Shown here piece after piece: positions 1-9,068 of a stretch of 64,000 nucleotides of DNA (positions are counted from its first letter, which is position 1; each line of letters opens with the position of its first letter). The notes below the pieces were generated by a model, which worked only from the letters and a program-made list of their open reading frames with translations, ran no database searches and was not told where the DNA came from. This DNA is from Alphaproteobacteria bacterium (GTDB lineage Bacteria > Pseudomonadota > Alphaproteobacteria > Rhizobiales > Beijerinckiaceae). The stretch spans positions 65,023 to 129,022 of the forward strand of contig JAJPHH010000202.1 in the NCBI GenBank assembly GCA_021325385.1. The letters run 5' to 3'. Both the position numbers and the translations under genes were made by a program.

Positions 1-375
1 CCGGCGCTCGAGCGCTTCGCGACGCTGACGCCGGATTTGGGCCTCTGCCAATGGTTCCATTTCGACGATCACCGGCTCGACGAGGCGGTCGCCTGGATGA
101 AACGGCTCGGCGTCACCTATTTGAGGACCGGCCTGTCATGGGCCGACAGTTTCCGGCCCAATGCGCTCGCCTGGTTCGACCGTCAGATGCGCGCGCTCGA
201 AGATTTCGACGTGACCGTGACGTTCTGTTTCACTCCGGCGCATCGCGGGATCGCGCCGCACCATACGAGCGCGCCCCTTCTCAAGGAGGAGTTCGCCGAA
301 TTCTGCGCGGCGATGATCAGGCGCTACGCCCCCGCCAAGGCGTCTGCGCGCCGGCGCGTGGCCATCTCGGCGTAG
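1..375 (+). CDS. 3' part of a glycoside hydrolase ('beta-xylosidase'-like, GH-A type) of the rhizo-twelve cassette; 5' end lies outside the window
   Basis: Frame is open from base 1; LCQWFHFDDHRL..LRTGLSWAD..FDRQM..FCFTP..HHTS resembles the GH of this cassette. Confidence 0.7.
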   Translation, partial: PALERFATLTPDLGLCQWFHFDDHRLDEAVAWMKRLGVTYLRTGLSWADSFRPNALAWFDRQMRALEDFDVTVTFCFTPAHRGIAPHHTSAPLLKEEFAEFCAAMIRRYAPAKASARRRVAISA

Positions 376-390
376 CGAGCGGGCCGCCCG

Positions 391-1236
391 ATGAGGGGCG
401 CGTTACAGCCTCGAGGCGAAGGCGGTTCTCAGAACCTGTTCCAGGCGCTTGGCCTTTCAAAGTTGGACGGCCGCCGCGCCATGGCCCTCGTCGCTCATCC
501 CGACGATGAGACGATCGGGCTGGGCGGACATTTGTCGGACCTGCCCGGATTCGTCATCGTCCATGTCACGGATGGCGCGCCGCGCAACATGCGCGACGCC
601 ACGGCGCATGGCTTCATCGAGCGCGGCGCTTACGCTCAAGCGCGTCGCGATGAACTGATCGCTGCGGTCGCGGAAGCCGGAATTGACCCGCGCTCGCTGC
701 TGAGCCTCGGCATAGCCGATCAAGAAGCGTCTCTGCACCTCGCCTCGCTCGCGCGCCGCGTCGCCGAGCTGTTCGAGAGCCGCCAGCCGCAGGCGGTCTT
801 CACGCATGCTTACGAAGGCGGCCATCCGGATCACGACGCGGCGGCTTTCGCCGCCAGCGCGGCGCGCCGTCTCATCGAGTCGCGAGGCGGCCGGCCGCCG
901 GCGCTGATCGATATGCCGTTCTATCATTCGGATCACGGCCGGATGGTCGCGCAGGTTTTCACGCCGACGCCGGCGGCGCCGAGCTATGAGGCGGCGCTCG
1001 GCCAACCGGCTTTGGCGATAAAGCAAGCGATGATCGCGCGCTATGTCACGCAGCGCGAGCAATTGAGACAGTTCCAGACCTCTATCGAGCGATTCCGGCT
1101 TGCGCCGGACTATGACTTTGCGCGCCTTCCGAATGAAGGCGACCTCTATTACGAGCGCTTTCCCTGGGGCCTCGACGGCGCTTCGTGGCTGAAGCTGGCG
1201 CCCGCGGCTCTCGCCGAGCTGGGCCTTTCGCCATGA
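391..1236 (+). CDS. PIG-L/LmbE family deacetylase
   Basis: AHPDDETIG and H-x-DH (GGHPDHD) metal-binding motifs; start could be ATG 481. Confidence 0.85.
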   Translation: MRGALQPRGEGGSQNLFQALGLSKLDGRRAMALVAHPDDETIGLGGHLSDLPGFVIVHVTDGAPRNMRDATAHGFIERGAYAQARRDELIAAVAEAGIDPRSLLSLGIADQEASLHLASLARRVAELFESRQPQAVFTHAYEGGHPDHDAAAFAASAARRLIESRGGRPPALIDMPFYHSDHGRMVAQVFTPTPAAPSYEAALGQPALAIKQAMIARYVTQREQLRQFQTSIERFRLAPDYDFARLPNEGDLYYERFPWGLDGASWLKLAPAALAELGLSP

Positions 1237-2279
1237 CGCTGACCGTGCTCAATGTCGCCTATCCGTTCGCGCCGGTCGGGCCGGACGCGGTGGGCGGCGC
1301 CGAACAGATTTTGAGCGCATTGGATCGGGCTCTGGTCGAGAACGGACATCGTTCGATCGTCGTCGCCGGCGAGGGATCGCAGGTTGCAGGGATTCACATC
1401 CCCGTCGAAAGCGAGCAAGGGCCGATCGACGATCTTGCCCGGCGGCGCGCCTGGGCGCGGCATCGACGAGCGATCGGGGCGGCGCGCAAGCGCTTCGCGG
1501 TCGATCTCGTCCATCTGCATGGAATCGATTTCGCCGCTTATTGCCCGTCGAGCGGCGCGACGCTCGTCACCTTGCATTTGCCTTTGTCTTGGTACGATCC
1601 GACGGCGCTGCGCGCCCGTCGCGCCGATCTTTGGATGAACGGCGTCTCGCGGAGCCAAATGCGCGACGCGCCGTCCGGCGCGCGGCTGCTCGGGCCGATC
1701 GAAAACGGCGTCGACATCGAGCGTCTCGCCGGCCGCCACGCCAAGCGGCGCTTCGCGCTTTTCCTCGGCCGCCTCTGTCCGGAAAAGGGCGCGCATCTCG
1801 CCATCGCGGCGGCGCAGCGCGCGGCGCTGCCCTTGATCATCGCGGGCCAGATCTTCCGATACGCCGAGCACGAGCGCTACTTCGCCGAAGAGATCGCGCC
1901 ACATCTCGGCCAATCCTGCCGCTTCGTCGGCCCGTTGAGCCTCGCTCGCAAGCGCCGCTTTCTCACAGCCGCGGCATGCGTCGCGATCCCGAGCCTCGCG
2001 CCGGAGACAAGCTCGCTCGTCGCCATGGAGGCGATGGCCTGCGGAACGCCGGTCGTCGCCTTCCGCGCCGGCGCCCTGAGCGAGATCGTCGCGCATGGCC
2101 GGACCGGTTTCCTCGTCGACAGCGCCGAAGAGATGGCGACCGCGATGCGCGAATCCGCGGCCCTCGATCCGGAAACCTGCCGACGAGAAGCGCGAGCGCG
2201 CTTCTCCAGGCACAGAATGACCGCCGCCTATCTCGACCTCTATGCAAGAATCGCTGACCAACGCGCTCTCTCGGCCTGA
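1233..2279 (+). CDS. Glycosyltransferase family 4 (GT-B)
   Basis: ATGA overlap with upstream stop; GGAE motif, FLGRLCPEKG, ETSSLVAMEAMACGTPV. Confidence 0.9.
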   Translation: MTLTVLNVAYPFAPVGPDAVGGAEQILSALDRALVENGHRSIVVAGEGSQVAGIHIPVESEQGPIDDLARRRAWARHRRAIGAARKRFAVDLVHLHGIDFAAYCPSSGATLVTLHLPLSWYDPTALRARRADLWMNGVSRSQMRDAPSGARLLGPIENGVDIERLAGRHAKRRFALFLGRLCPEKGAHLAIAAAQRAALPLIIAGQIFRYAEHERYFAEEIAPHLGQSCRFVGPLSLARKRRFLTAAACVAIPSLAPETSSLVAMEAMACGTPVVAFRAGALSEIVAHGRTGFLVDSAEEMATAMRESAALDPETCRREARARFSRHRMTAAYLDLYARIADQRALSA

Positions 2280-3276
2280 GCCGCCGTCATCTCGCCTCGT
2301 AGCGAGCGCGATCGACGATCTCGACGCGCTCGAGCCCGACTGGTGGGACCTGTGGCGCCGGGCGCCGACGGCGACGCCGTTCCAATCGCCGGCTTGGCTC
2401 ATTCCCTGGCGGCGCGAATTCGCGCCCGAGCGATCATGCGTCGGCGGGGTGTTCGACGAGCCAAAGCTCGTCGCCCTGTTTCCCTTCTACGCCGAGCAAT
2501 CCGCCGCCAGCGCTCGGCTCTTGCCGCTCGGCGTCTCGCTCAGCGACTATCTCGATATCCTCGTCGATCCGCGCTGCCCGGAGGCGCTGCGGGCGCTCGC
2601 GGCCTTCATCGCCGATCAGGCGTGGACCAGTTGCAGCTTCGAAGAGCTGCCGCCTGGCGCCCTTGCTGCGGCTCTGCCCGCGCCGAGCAATTGCGAGGAC
2701 CGCGTCGAGCGCCAGAGCGCTTGTCCGGTCATCGCGCTTCGCGGCGGACGCGACCTGGCCGGCTGCGCGCCGGCGCGAAAGCGTCGGCAATTGCGCCGGG
2801 CGTGGGCCGCCGCCGAACGGCTCGGCGAGGCGCGCATCGAACGCCGCGAGCAAGACAGCGAGCGCTTTCTCGCGACGCTGTTCGCGCTCCACGAAGCGCG
2901 ATGGCGCGAGCGCGGCGAGGGCGGCGTTCTCGGCGACGCGAAAGTTCGGCGCTTTCACCAAGCGGCGCTGCCGCGCCTCGCCGCCGCCGATTTGGCCCGC
3001 TGTTACACGCTCGCCATCGACGGCCAACCCGTCGCGGCCTATTACGGCCTGTTCGACCGCGGCCGCGCCTACGCCTATCTGGGCGGCTTCGATCCGGCTT
3101 TCGAAGACGCAAGTCCCGGCGCGATCCTGATCGGCCGCGCCATTGCCGATGCGATCGACGAAGGCGCGCGCGAGTTCCATTTCCTGCGCGGCCGCGAAGC
3201 GTACAAATATTCCTGGGGCGCGAGCGACCGCTGGAATCAACGCCGCCTATGGACGAGACCGGACCATGGGCGATGA
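2242..3276 (+). CDS. GNAT family acyltransferase (CelD/BcsL-like)
   Basis: TPFQSPAW, Y-LGGFDP..SPG, FLRG-E-YK--WG motifs; start uncertain. Confidence 0.85.
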   Translation: MQESLTNALSRPEPPSSRLVASAIDDLDALEPDWWDLWRRAPTATPFQSPAWLIPWRREFAPERSCVGGVFDEPKLVALFPFYAEQSAASARLLPLGVSLSDYLDILVDPRCPEALRALAAFIADQAWTSCSFEELPPGALAAALPAPSNCEDRVERQSACPVIALRGGRDLAGCAPARKRRQLRRAWAAAERLGEARIERREQDSERFLATLFALHEARWRERGEGGVLGDAKVRRFHQAALPRLAAADLARCYTLAIDGQPVAAYYGLFDRGRAYAYLGGFDPAFEDASPGAILIGRAIADAIDEGAREFHFLRGREAYKYSWGASDRWNQRRLWTRPDHGR

Positions 3277-4189
3277 GCGCGCCGACGCGAGCCAGGATTT
3301 CATCCGCGGCCTTCTCGCGAGTTGCGGGCGAGGCGAAACGCCGCCCGCGATGGCCTTGATGCGGCTCGCGATGGCCGCCGCGGACGAGGCGGCTTTTGCC
3401 GCCGCCGTCGCGGCGAGCCGAGACCTGCCCGACGCCGACGACCCAGGCGCCGCCCAGCGCCTCGCCGCGCTCCGCGCGCTCGCCGCAGGCGCGCCGGAGG
3501 CGTGGCGCTTGGTCCGTTCGGTGCTCGCCGCCGTCCCGCATGACGCGTCTGCCGACGCGACGGCGGAGGCGCGCTTGGCGGACCTCTCCGCCGCCTTCGA
3601 TCGCGCCGCGGCTTTATCGCCAGAGGCGAGCGTCGCGCTCTATTCGTTTGGCCGGCCAGAGCTTCTCGACGCTGCGACGGCGGAGGTCGCCAAATATCTC
3701 GGAGAGCTGGGCCTTCTCGGCCGCGAGCGCGCGCTGGTCGACATTGGCTGCGGCGTCGGCCGTTTCGAACGCGCGCTTGCCGATAAGGTCGGCAGGATCG
3801 TCGGCCTCGACATCTCGCCGACAATGGTCGAGATCGCGCAACGCAATTGCGCCGGCTTGGCCAATGTCGAGATCCGATTGTCCTCAGGCAAAGATTTGGC
3901 GGCGATCGCGACCGCCGGCGCCGACGCCGTGCTGGCGATCGACGTCTTCCCGTACATCGTTTCGGCTTCGCCGGCTTTGGCCGATAAGTTTTTTCAGGAG
4001 ATCGCCCGCGCCCTCAAGCCCGGCGGCGATTTTCTGCTCGCCAACTACTCGTACCGCGCAGACGACATCGCCGATCGCGCCGACGTCGCGCGCCTCGCCG
4101 CATCGTGCGGCTTTCGCGTGTTAAGGTCGGATGAGCGACCGTTCGTCGGCTGGGATGGCCGCGTCTTTCATCTTGGCAAGGAGGGTTGA
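3266..4189 (+). CDS. Class I SAM-dependent methyltransferase with a helical N-terminal extension
   Basis: VDIGCGVGR motif I, GLDIS, LKPGG; ATG 3266 overlaps the GNAT 3' end. Confidence 0.85.
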   Translation: MGDERADASQDFIRGLLASCGRGETPPAMALMRLAMAAADEAAFAAAVAASRDLPDADDPGAAQRLAALRALAAGAPEAWRLVRSVLAAVPHDASADATAEARLADLSAAFDRAAALSPEASVALYSFGRPELLDAATAEVAKYLGELGLLGRERALVDIGCGVGRFERALADKVGRIVGLDISPTMVEIAQRNCAGLANVEIRLSSGKDLAAIATAGADAVLAIDVFPYIVSASPALADKFFQEIARALKPGGDFLLANYSYRADDIADRADVARLAASCGFRVLRSDERPFVGWDGRVFHLGKEG

Positions 4190-5215
4190 GGCGCCGTTGA
4201 CGCCGGCCTTGCCCTTGCCGGACCCGCGCGTTTTCGGCAAGGCGACGGCGGCCGCCTCGGCGGCGAAATAGGCGATCGTCTTCTTCAATCCCCGCTCCAG
4301 CGAGACGCGGGGCGTCCAGCCGAGCAGCTGTGTCGCCAGCGCAATGTTCGGCCGGCGGCGCTGGGGATCGTCGACCGGCAAGGGTCGGCTGACGATTTGC
4401 GACTCCGAGGCCGCCAAGCGCAGCACGCGCGAGACCAGTTCGCGCACGGTGATCTCGGCCGGATTGCCGAGATTGACGGCGCCGGCATAGTCGCCGTCAT
4501 AGGCCATCAGGCGCAGCAAGCCGTCGATGAGGTCGTCGACATAGCAGAACGAGCGCGTCTGTTCGCCGGAGCCGTAAATCGTGATGTCGTCGCCGGCCAG
4601 GGCTTGCGTGACGACGTTGGAGACGACGCGGCCGTCGTCGGCGCGCATTCGCGGGCCATAGGTGTTGAAAATGCGCGCGACCCTGATGTCGCCGCGCCCC
4701 AATCGGCCATAGTCGAAGACAAGCGCCTCGGCGGCGCGCTTGCCTTCGTCATAGCAAGCGCGCGGGCCGGTCGGGTTGACATAGCCCCAATAGCTTTCCG
4801 GCTGCGGATGAACTTGCGGATCGCCATAGACCTCGCTGGTCGAGGCGAGCAGAAAACGCGCGCCTGTCCTCTCGCTCAAGGCGAGCAAATTGCGCGTCCC
4901 GATCACGTTGGTGAGCATCGTGTGCTCGGGATCGGCCTGGTAATGCGGCGGCGAGGCGGCGCAGGCGAGATTGAACACCCAGTCCACCCGCCGCACGCTG
5001 CGCGGCAGCAGCGGCGACAGAGGATTGATCACATCCGCTTCAACCAGGGCGAGGCGCGGCTCGCGGCGAAGCTGGCGCATATTGGCGAGGCGGCCGGTGC
5101 GGAAATTATCGATGCAGATGACGTCGGCGCCATCCGAAAGCAGGGCTTCGCAAAGGTGAGATCCGAGAAAGCCGGCGCCGCCGGCCACGACACAAGTTTT
5201 TCTTGTTTTTCCCAC
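4121..5215 (-). CDS. UDP-glucuronate decarboxylase (UDP-xylose synthase family, extended SDR)
   Basis: GGAGFLGSHL, NLACAASPPHYQ, STSEVYGDP, YDEGKR, RIFNTYGPRM, DDP-RR-P. Confidence 0.9.
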   Translation of the reverse strand: MGKTRKTCVVAGGAGFLGSHLCEALLSDGADVICIDNFRTGRLANMRQLRREPRLALVEADVINPLSPLLPRSVRRVDWVFNLACAASPPHYQADPEHTMLTNVIGTRNLLALSERTGARFLLASTSEVYGDPQVHPQPESYWGYVNPTGPRACYDEGKRAAEALVFDYGRLGRGDIRVARIFNTYGPRMRADDGRVVSNVVTQALAGDDITIYGSGEQTRSFCYVDDLIDGLLRLMAYDGDYAGAVNLGNPAEITVRELVSRVLRLAASESQIVSRPLPVDDPQRRRPNIALATQLLGWTPRVSLERGLKKTIAYFAAEAAAVALPKTRGSGKGKAGVNGASTLLAKMKDAAIPADERSLIRP

Positions 5216-5287
5216 GCCGTTCGCCTCTCTTCTGGAGCGGCCGACTCAGGAAGCGTGAGCCGGCGATCGAGGGTTCAACCGGCCGAG

Positions 5288-5312
5288 AACCGTCGAAAAA
5301 CATGAATGTTCC
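5288..5312 (-). promoter_or_regulatory. Candidate EcfG/SigT promoter for the UDP-glucuronate decarboxylase gene
   Basis: Minus strand GGAAC-N16-GGTT. Confidence 0.55.
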
Positions 5313-5349
5313 GGGCTTTCTCCGGCGGCGGACCAGCGGCGCCGGATTC

Positions 5350-5375
5350 GGAACGAATTGTGACCTCGACGTGTT
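5350..5375 (+). promoter_or_regulatory. Candidate EcfG/SigT promoter for mscS
   Basis: GGAAC-N17-TGTT, back-to-back with the divergent site at 5288-5312. Confidence 0.5.
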
Positions 5376-5443
5376 CTAAACCGGAAAAGCGCCGCCTCAA
5401 TCAGTACGAGAGGACGGCTCAAAAACGATCTCAGCGCGGGGCC

Positions 5444-6298
5444 ATGACGTTCATTCCCAACAATCTCGACGCTTTCGCTGCGATGATCTGGACCTGGGCG
5501 GCGACGTTTCTGCCGCGGCTGGCGGTGGCGATCGCGGTCCTCGTCATCGGCGTGTTCCTCGCCCAGTGGGCGGCGCGCGCCGTGGCGGCGACGTTCAGGG
5601 AGACGCACGGCGTCGACGAAACAGCGCGCCCGGTTCTCGCCGCCGCCGCGCGCTACGCCGTGCTGGTCCTCGCCATCATCGCGGCCCTGAGCCAACTCGG
5701 CGTTCAGACCGCATCGCTTCTTGCCGCGCTCGGCGCAGCAGGCCTTGCGATCGGCCTCGCTTTGCAAGGCACGCTGTCGAACGTCGCCGCCGGCGTCATG
5801 CTGCTCTGGCTCAGGCCGTTTCGCGTCGGCGACTATATCGACGCGGTCGCCGCCAACGCCATCGCCGGCACCGTCAAGGAAATCGGTCTTTTCGCCTGCC
5901 AACTCGAGACGTTCGACGGCCTCTATGTTTTCGTTCCGAATTCGACAATCTGGAGCGCGGCCCTGCGCAACCATTCGCGCAATCCCGGCCGATTGATCTG
6001 CTTCACCGTGGCTCTGCCGGCCGGGGCCGATTTCGAACGCGGCCGCGAAGCGCTTTTCGCCATGCTTCGCGCGGCCGCCCGCGAACGGCCGCCGCCGGAA
6101 GTCTTCGTCGACAATGTCAATGCTGGCGCGCCGCTCTTGACCTGCCGCTTCTGGGTCGACCAGAGCCGCGCCGGGGAAATCCAACGCCGCATTCTCGACG
6201 ATGCGAGGCTCAGCCTGATGCAGGCTTCGCCTGACCTCAAGCCGACGCAGATCACGCGCACCGTCCCGCCCGAATCCGATCCGTCGAGGCTTCTCTAA
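5444..6298 (+). CDS. mscS: Small-conductance mechanosensitive channel family protein
   Basis: LGAAGLAIGLALQGTLSNVAAG, RPFRVGDYI, VPNS motifs; ATG 5444 preferred over 5306. Confidence 0.9.
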   Translation: MTFIPNNLDAFAAMIWTWAATFLPRLAVAIAVLVIGVFLAQWAARAVAATFRETHGVDETARPVLAAAARYAVLVLAIIAALSQLGVQTASLLAALGAAGLAIGLALQGTLSNVAAGVMLLWLRPFRVGDYIDAVAANAIAGTVKEIGLFACQLETFDGLYVFVPNSTIWSAALRNHSRNPGRLICFTVALPAGADFERGREALFAMLRAAARERPPPEVFVDNVNAGAPLLTCRFWVDQSRAGEIQRRILDDARLSLMQASPDLKPTQITRTVPPESDPSRLL

Positions 6299-6319
6299 GC
6301 GCTCGGTCGGAAGCGACGT

Positions 6320-6553
6320 TCAGGCCGGCGCCTCCTCGCTCCCGCGATCGAGCGAAGCGGAGGGAGGCTGCAACCCGGCAATGAGCGACTGCAAATTTGC
6401 GACCATCAGCTCGATATTTTCGCGGCTTGCTTCGATTTCGAACACTTCGTCGGCGTCGTCGACGATGTGAATGACGAAGACGTCGCCGCTCGGCGCGGCG
6501 GCGAAGCCGACAAGCGAGCGCTTGACGCCGCCGCCGGCGGATTTCCCGTTCAT
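6320..6553 (-). CDS. Small hypothetical protein (77 aa)
   Basis: ATG 6553 preceded by GAGGGGG; globular-looking sequence; weak GGAAC-N17-AGTT upstream at 6655-6680. Confidence 0.55.
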   Translation of the reverse strand: MNGKSAGGGVKRSLVGFAAAPSGDVFVIHIVDDADEVFEIEASRENIELMVANLQSLIAGLQPPSASLDRGSEEAPA

Positions 6554-6822
6554 CTTGCTTTCCCCCTCGTGTTCGGGCGAACGGCGCGCCGCTATCGTCC
6601 TCGGCGCGCCGGTCGACATCGCGATCGGGGGCTCCTCTCGGGCGACGGGTCGACAACTGGCCTGCTCGCGCCGAAGTTCCCGGGACTGCCCACAGGCAGC
6701 CGCGCCGGCGGCGCGACGCGCTCGCCGCAAGCGCGGAAACGGACGCGAAACCGAAACCGCCAAGGCTCAGAGGATGGGCCGCCGTTCAACAAAGGCGTAC
6801 CGATAAATTTCCGCCGCTACGG

Positions 6823-6847
6823 GGAACTCGGCCGGGCGGGACACGTT
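6823..6847 (+). promoter_or_regulatory. EcfG/SigT-type promoter for the epimerase-radical SAM-GT operon
   Basis: Exact GGAAC-N16-CGTT 33 bp upstream of the start codon. Confidence 0.75.
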
Positions 6848-6879
6848 CTCAGACGGCCGGGGGGACAACAGGAGCGGCG

Positions 6880-7989
6880 GTGTCTGAACGCGTTCTCATC
6901 ACCGGCGGCGCCGGATTCATCGGCCGGCGCGTCACAGAAAATCTTTTGAGACGCGGATATCGCGTTCGCATTCTCGACAGTTTCGTCGAACAAGTGCACG
7001 GCCCTCGCCGGACCCTGCCGGACGCTCTCGCCGACGTCGAGGCGATCCCCGGCGACGTCCGCGACGAGGACGCGTTGCGAAAGGCGCTCGCCGGAATCGA
7101 TAGCGTCTTGCATCTCGCCGCCGAGGTCGGCGTCGGACAGAGCATGTACGCGATCGAGCGCTACGTTTCGGCGAACGACCTCGGCACGGCCGCGCTGCTC
7201 GAGCGCCTCGCCCATAAGCCGGTCCGCCGCGTCGTCGTCGCCTCCTCGATGAGCGTCTATGGCGAAGGCCTCTATATCGACAGGGACGGCAATCCCGTCG
7301 AGGACGCCGAACGCAGCAACGCCGTCAGCCTTTCCTGGGACCCGGTCGACGCCTCCGGCGCGCCGATGATCCCGGCTGCGACCCCGGAATGGAAACGCCC
7401 CAACCTCGCCTCCGTCTATGCGCTGACCAAATTCGTGCAAGAGCAGATGACGCTGACCGTGACGGCGGCGTACGGCATGGAAGGCGTCGCTCTCCGATTG
7501 TTCAACGTCTATGGGCCGGGCCAAGCCCTTTCGAATCCCTATACCGGGGTTCTCGCGATCTTCGCGTCGCGTCTCGCCAACGGCAAGCCGCCGCTCGTTT
7601 TCGAAGATGGCCGCCAGCGCCGCGATTTCGTCCATGTCGACGACGTCGCCGAAGCTTTCGCGCTGGCGCTCGAACATCCCAAGGCGGCCGGCAAGATCTA
7701 CAATATCGGCAGCGGGCAGGATCGCAGCGTTCTGCAAGTCGCCGAAATGCTCGCCGCGGCGATGAACAAGGCCGAGATCGCGCCGGAAGTCAGCGGCAAG
7801 GGAAGAAAGGGCGACGTACGCCATTGCTTCGCCGATACGAGCAAGGCGGAAAAGGAGCTCGGCTTCGTCGCCCGGCAGGACTTCACGCAAGGCCTGGCGG
7901 CGCTCGCCGAATGGGCGGCCGGCCAGCAAGCGCATGACCGCATCGCCGAAGCCAGAAGCGAGCTTGAAAAGCGAGGGCTTGTCGCATGA
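6880..7989 (+). CDS. NAD-dependent NDP-sugar epimerase/dehydratase
   Basis: TGGAGFIG, SSMSVYGEG, YALTK (YxxxK), RDFVHV. Confidence 0.9.
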   Translation: MSERVLITGGAGFIGRRVTENLLRRGYRVRILDSFVEQVHGPRRTLPDALADVEAIPGDVRDEDALRKALAGIDSVLHLAAEVGVGQSMYAIERYVSANDLGTAALLERLAHKPVRRVVVASSMSVYGEGLYIDRDGNPVEDAERSNAVSLSWDPVDASGAPMIPAATPEWKRPNLASVYALTKFVQEQMTLTVTAAYGMEGVALRLFNVYGPGQALSNPYTGVLAIFASRLANGKPPLVFEDGRQRRDFVHVDDVAEAFALALEHPKAAGKIYNIGSGQDRSVLQVAEMLAAAMNKAEIAPEVSGKGRKGDVRHCFADTSKAEKELGFVARQDFTQGLAALAEWAAGQQAHDRIAEARSELEKRGLVA

Positions 7990-9068
7990 ACGCGCCCGCG
8001 ATCGTCGGCTTGCGTCCGATCCTCATCACCGGCGGCGCCGGTTTCCTGGGCAGCAATCTCGCCGACCGTCTGGCGCGCGAGGGCCGGCACGTCGTCCTTT
8101 TCGATTCGCTGCGCCGGCCTGGCGCCGAACGCAACGCGCGCTGGCTGCGCGAGCGGCACCCGGAGCGGATCTCGCTGCAGCGCTCGGACATCCGCGACGA
8201 GGCGGCGGCGCGCGCCGCCGTCAACGACGCCAGCGCCGTCTTCCATTTCGCGGCGCAGGTCGCGGTCACGACCAGCCTCAGCGATCCGGCCGAGGATTTC
8301 GCCATCAATGTCGGCGGCGCCTTCGGCCTCCTGGAGGCGATCCGCAGGCAAGGCGGCGCCACGCCCTTCATTTTCGCTTCGACCAACAAGGTCTATGGCG
8401 ATCTCGCCGACATCGCGCTCGTCGAAGAGAAGGACTGCTACTTGCCGCAGGACGCCGCGATCCGCGCCAGCGGCGTTTCCGAAAAGCGTCCGCTCGATTT
8501 TCACACGCCCTATGGCTGCTCGAAAGGCGCGGCCGATCAATACGCGCTCGATTACGCCCGCAGCTTCGGTCTGCCCGTCGTCGTGATGCGCATGAGCTGC
8601 GTTTACGGACCGCGGCAGATCGGCTGCGAAGATCAAGGCTGGATCGCGCATTTCCTCATCCGCGCGTTGCGCGGCGAGCCGATCACCATTTTTGGCGACG
8701 GCAAGCAGGTGCGCGACGTTCTGTACGTCGACGACGCCGTCAACGCCTATATCGCCGCCTTGCGCAACATCCAGCGGGTGAGAGGCCGCGCTTTCAATCT
8801 CGGCGGCGGCCCGGCCAATGCGGTCAGCCTCAGAACATTGATCGCCTTCATCGAAGGCCGGCTCGGCCGCCCCGTCGACATCCATTATGACCAATGGCGG
8901 CTCGGCGATCAGCGCTACTATGTGTCGAACGCCCAAGCCGTCGAGCGCGAGCTCGGCCTGCGTCAGCCGCTGCCATGGCGCGAAGGCGTCGGCCGGCTGA
9001 TCGATTGGCTGCGCAGCGACTACTTGCCCTCGTCCGCCTCCGCTCGACATTGGGAGGCGGCGGAGTGA
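7986..9068 (+). CDS. NAD-dependent epimerase (CDP-paratose/tyvelose 2-epimerase-like)
   Basis: TGGAGFLG, AAQVAVTTS, STNKVYG, PYGCSKG, EDQGW. Confidence 0.88.
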   Translation: MNAPAIVGLRPILITGGAGFLGSNLADRLAREGRHVVLFDSLRRPGAERNARWLRERHPERISLQRSDIRDEAAARAAVNDASAVFHFAAQVAVTTSLSDPAEDFAINVGGAFGLLEAIRRQGGATPFIFASTNKVYGDLADIALVEEKDCYLPQDAAIRASGVSEKRPLDFHTPYGCSKGAADQYALDYARSFGLPVVVMRMSCVYGPRQIGCEDQGWIAHFLIRALRGEPITIFGDGKQVRDVLYVDDAVNAYIAALRNIQRVRGRAFNLGGGPANAVSLRTLIAFIEGRLGRPVDIHYDQWRLGDQRYYVSNAQAVERELGLRQPLPWREGVGRLIDWLRSDYLPSSASARHWEAAE

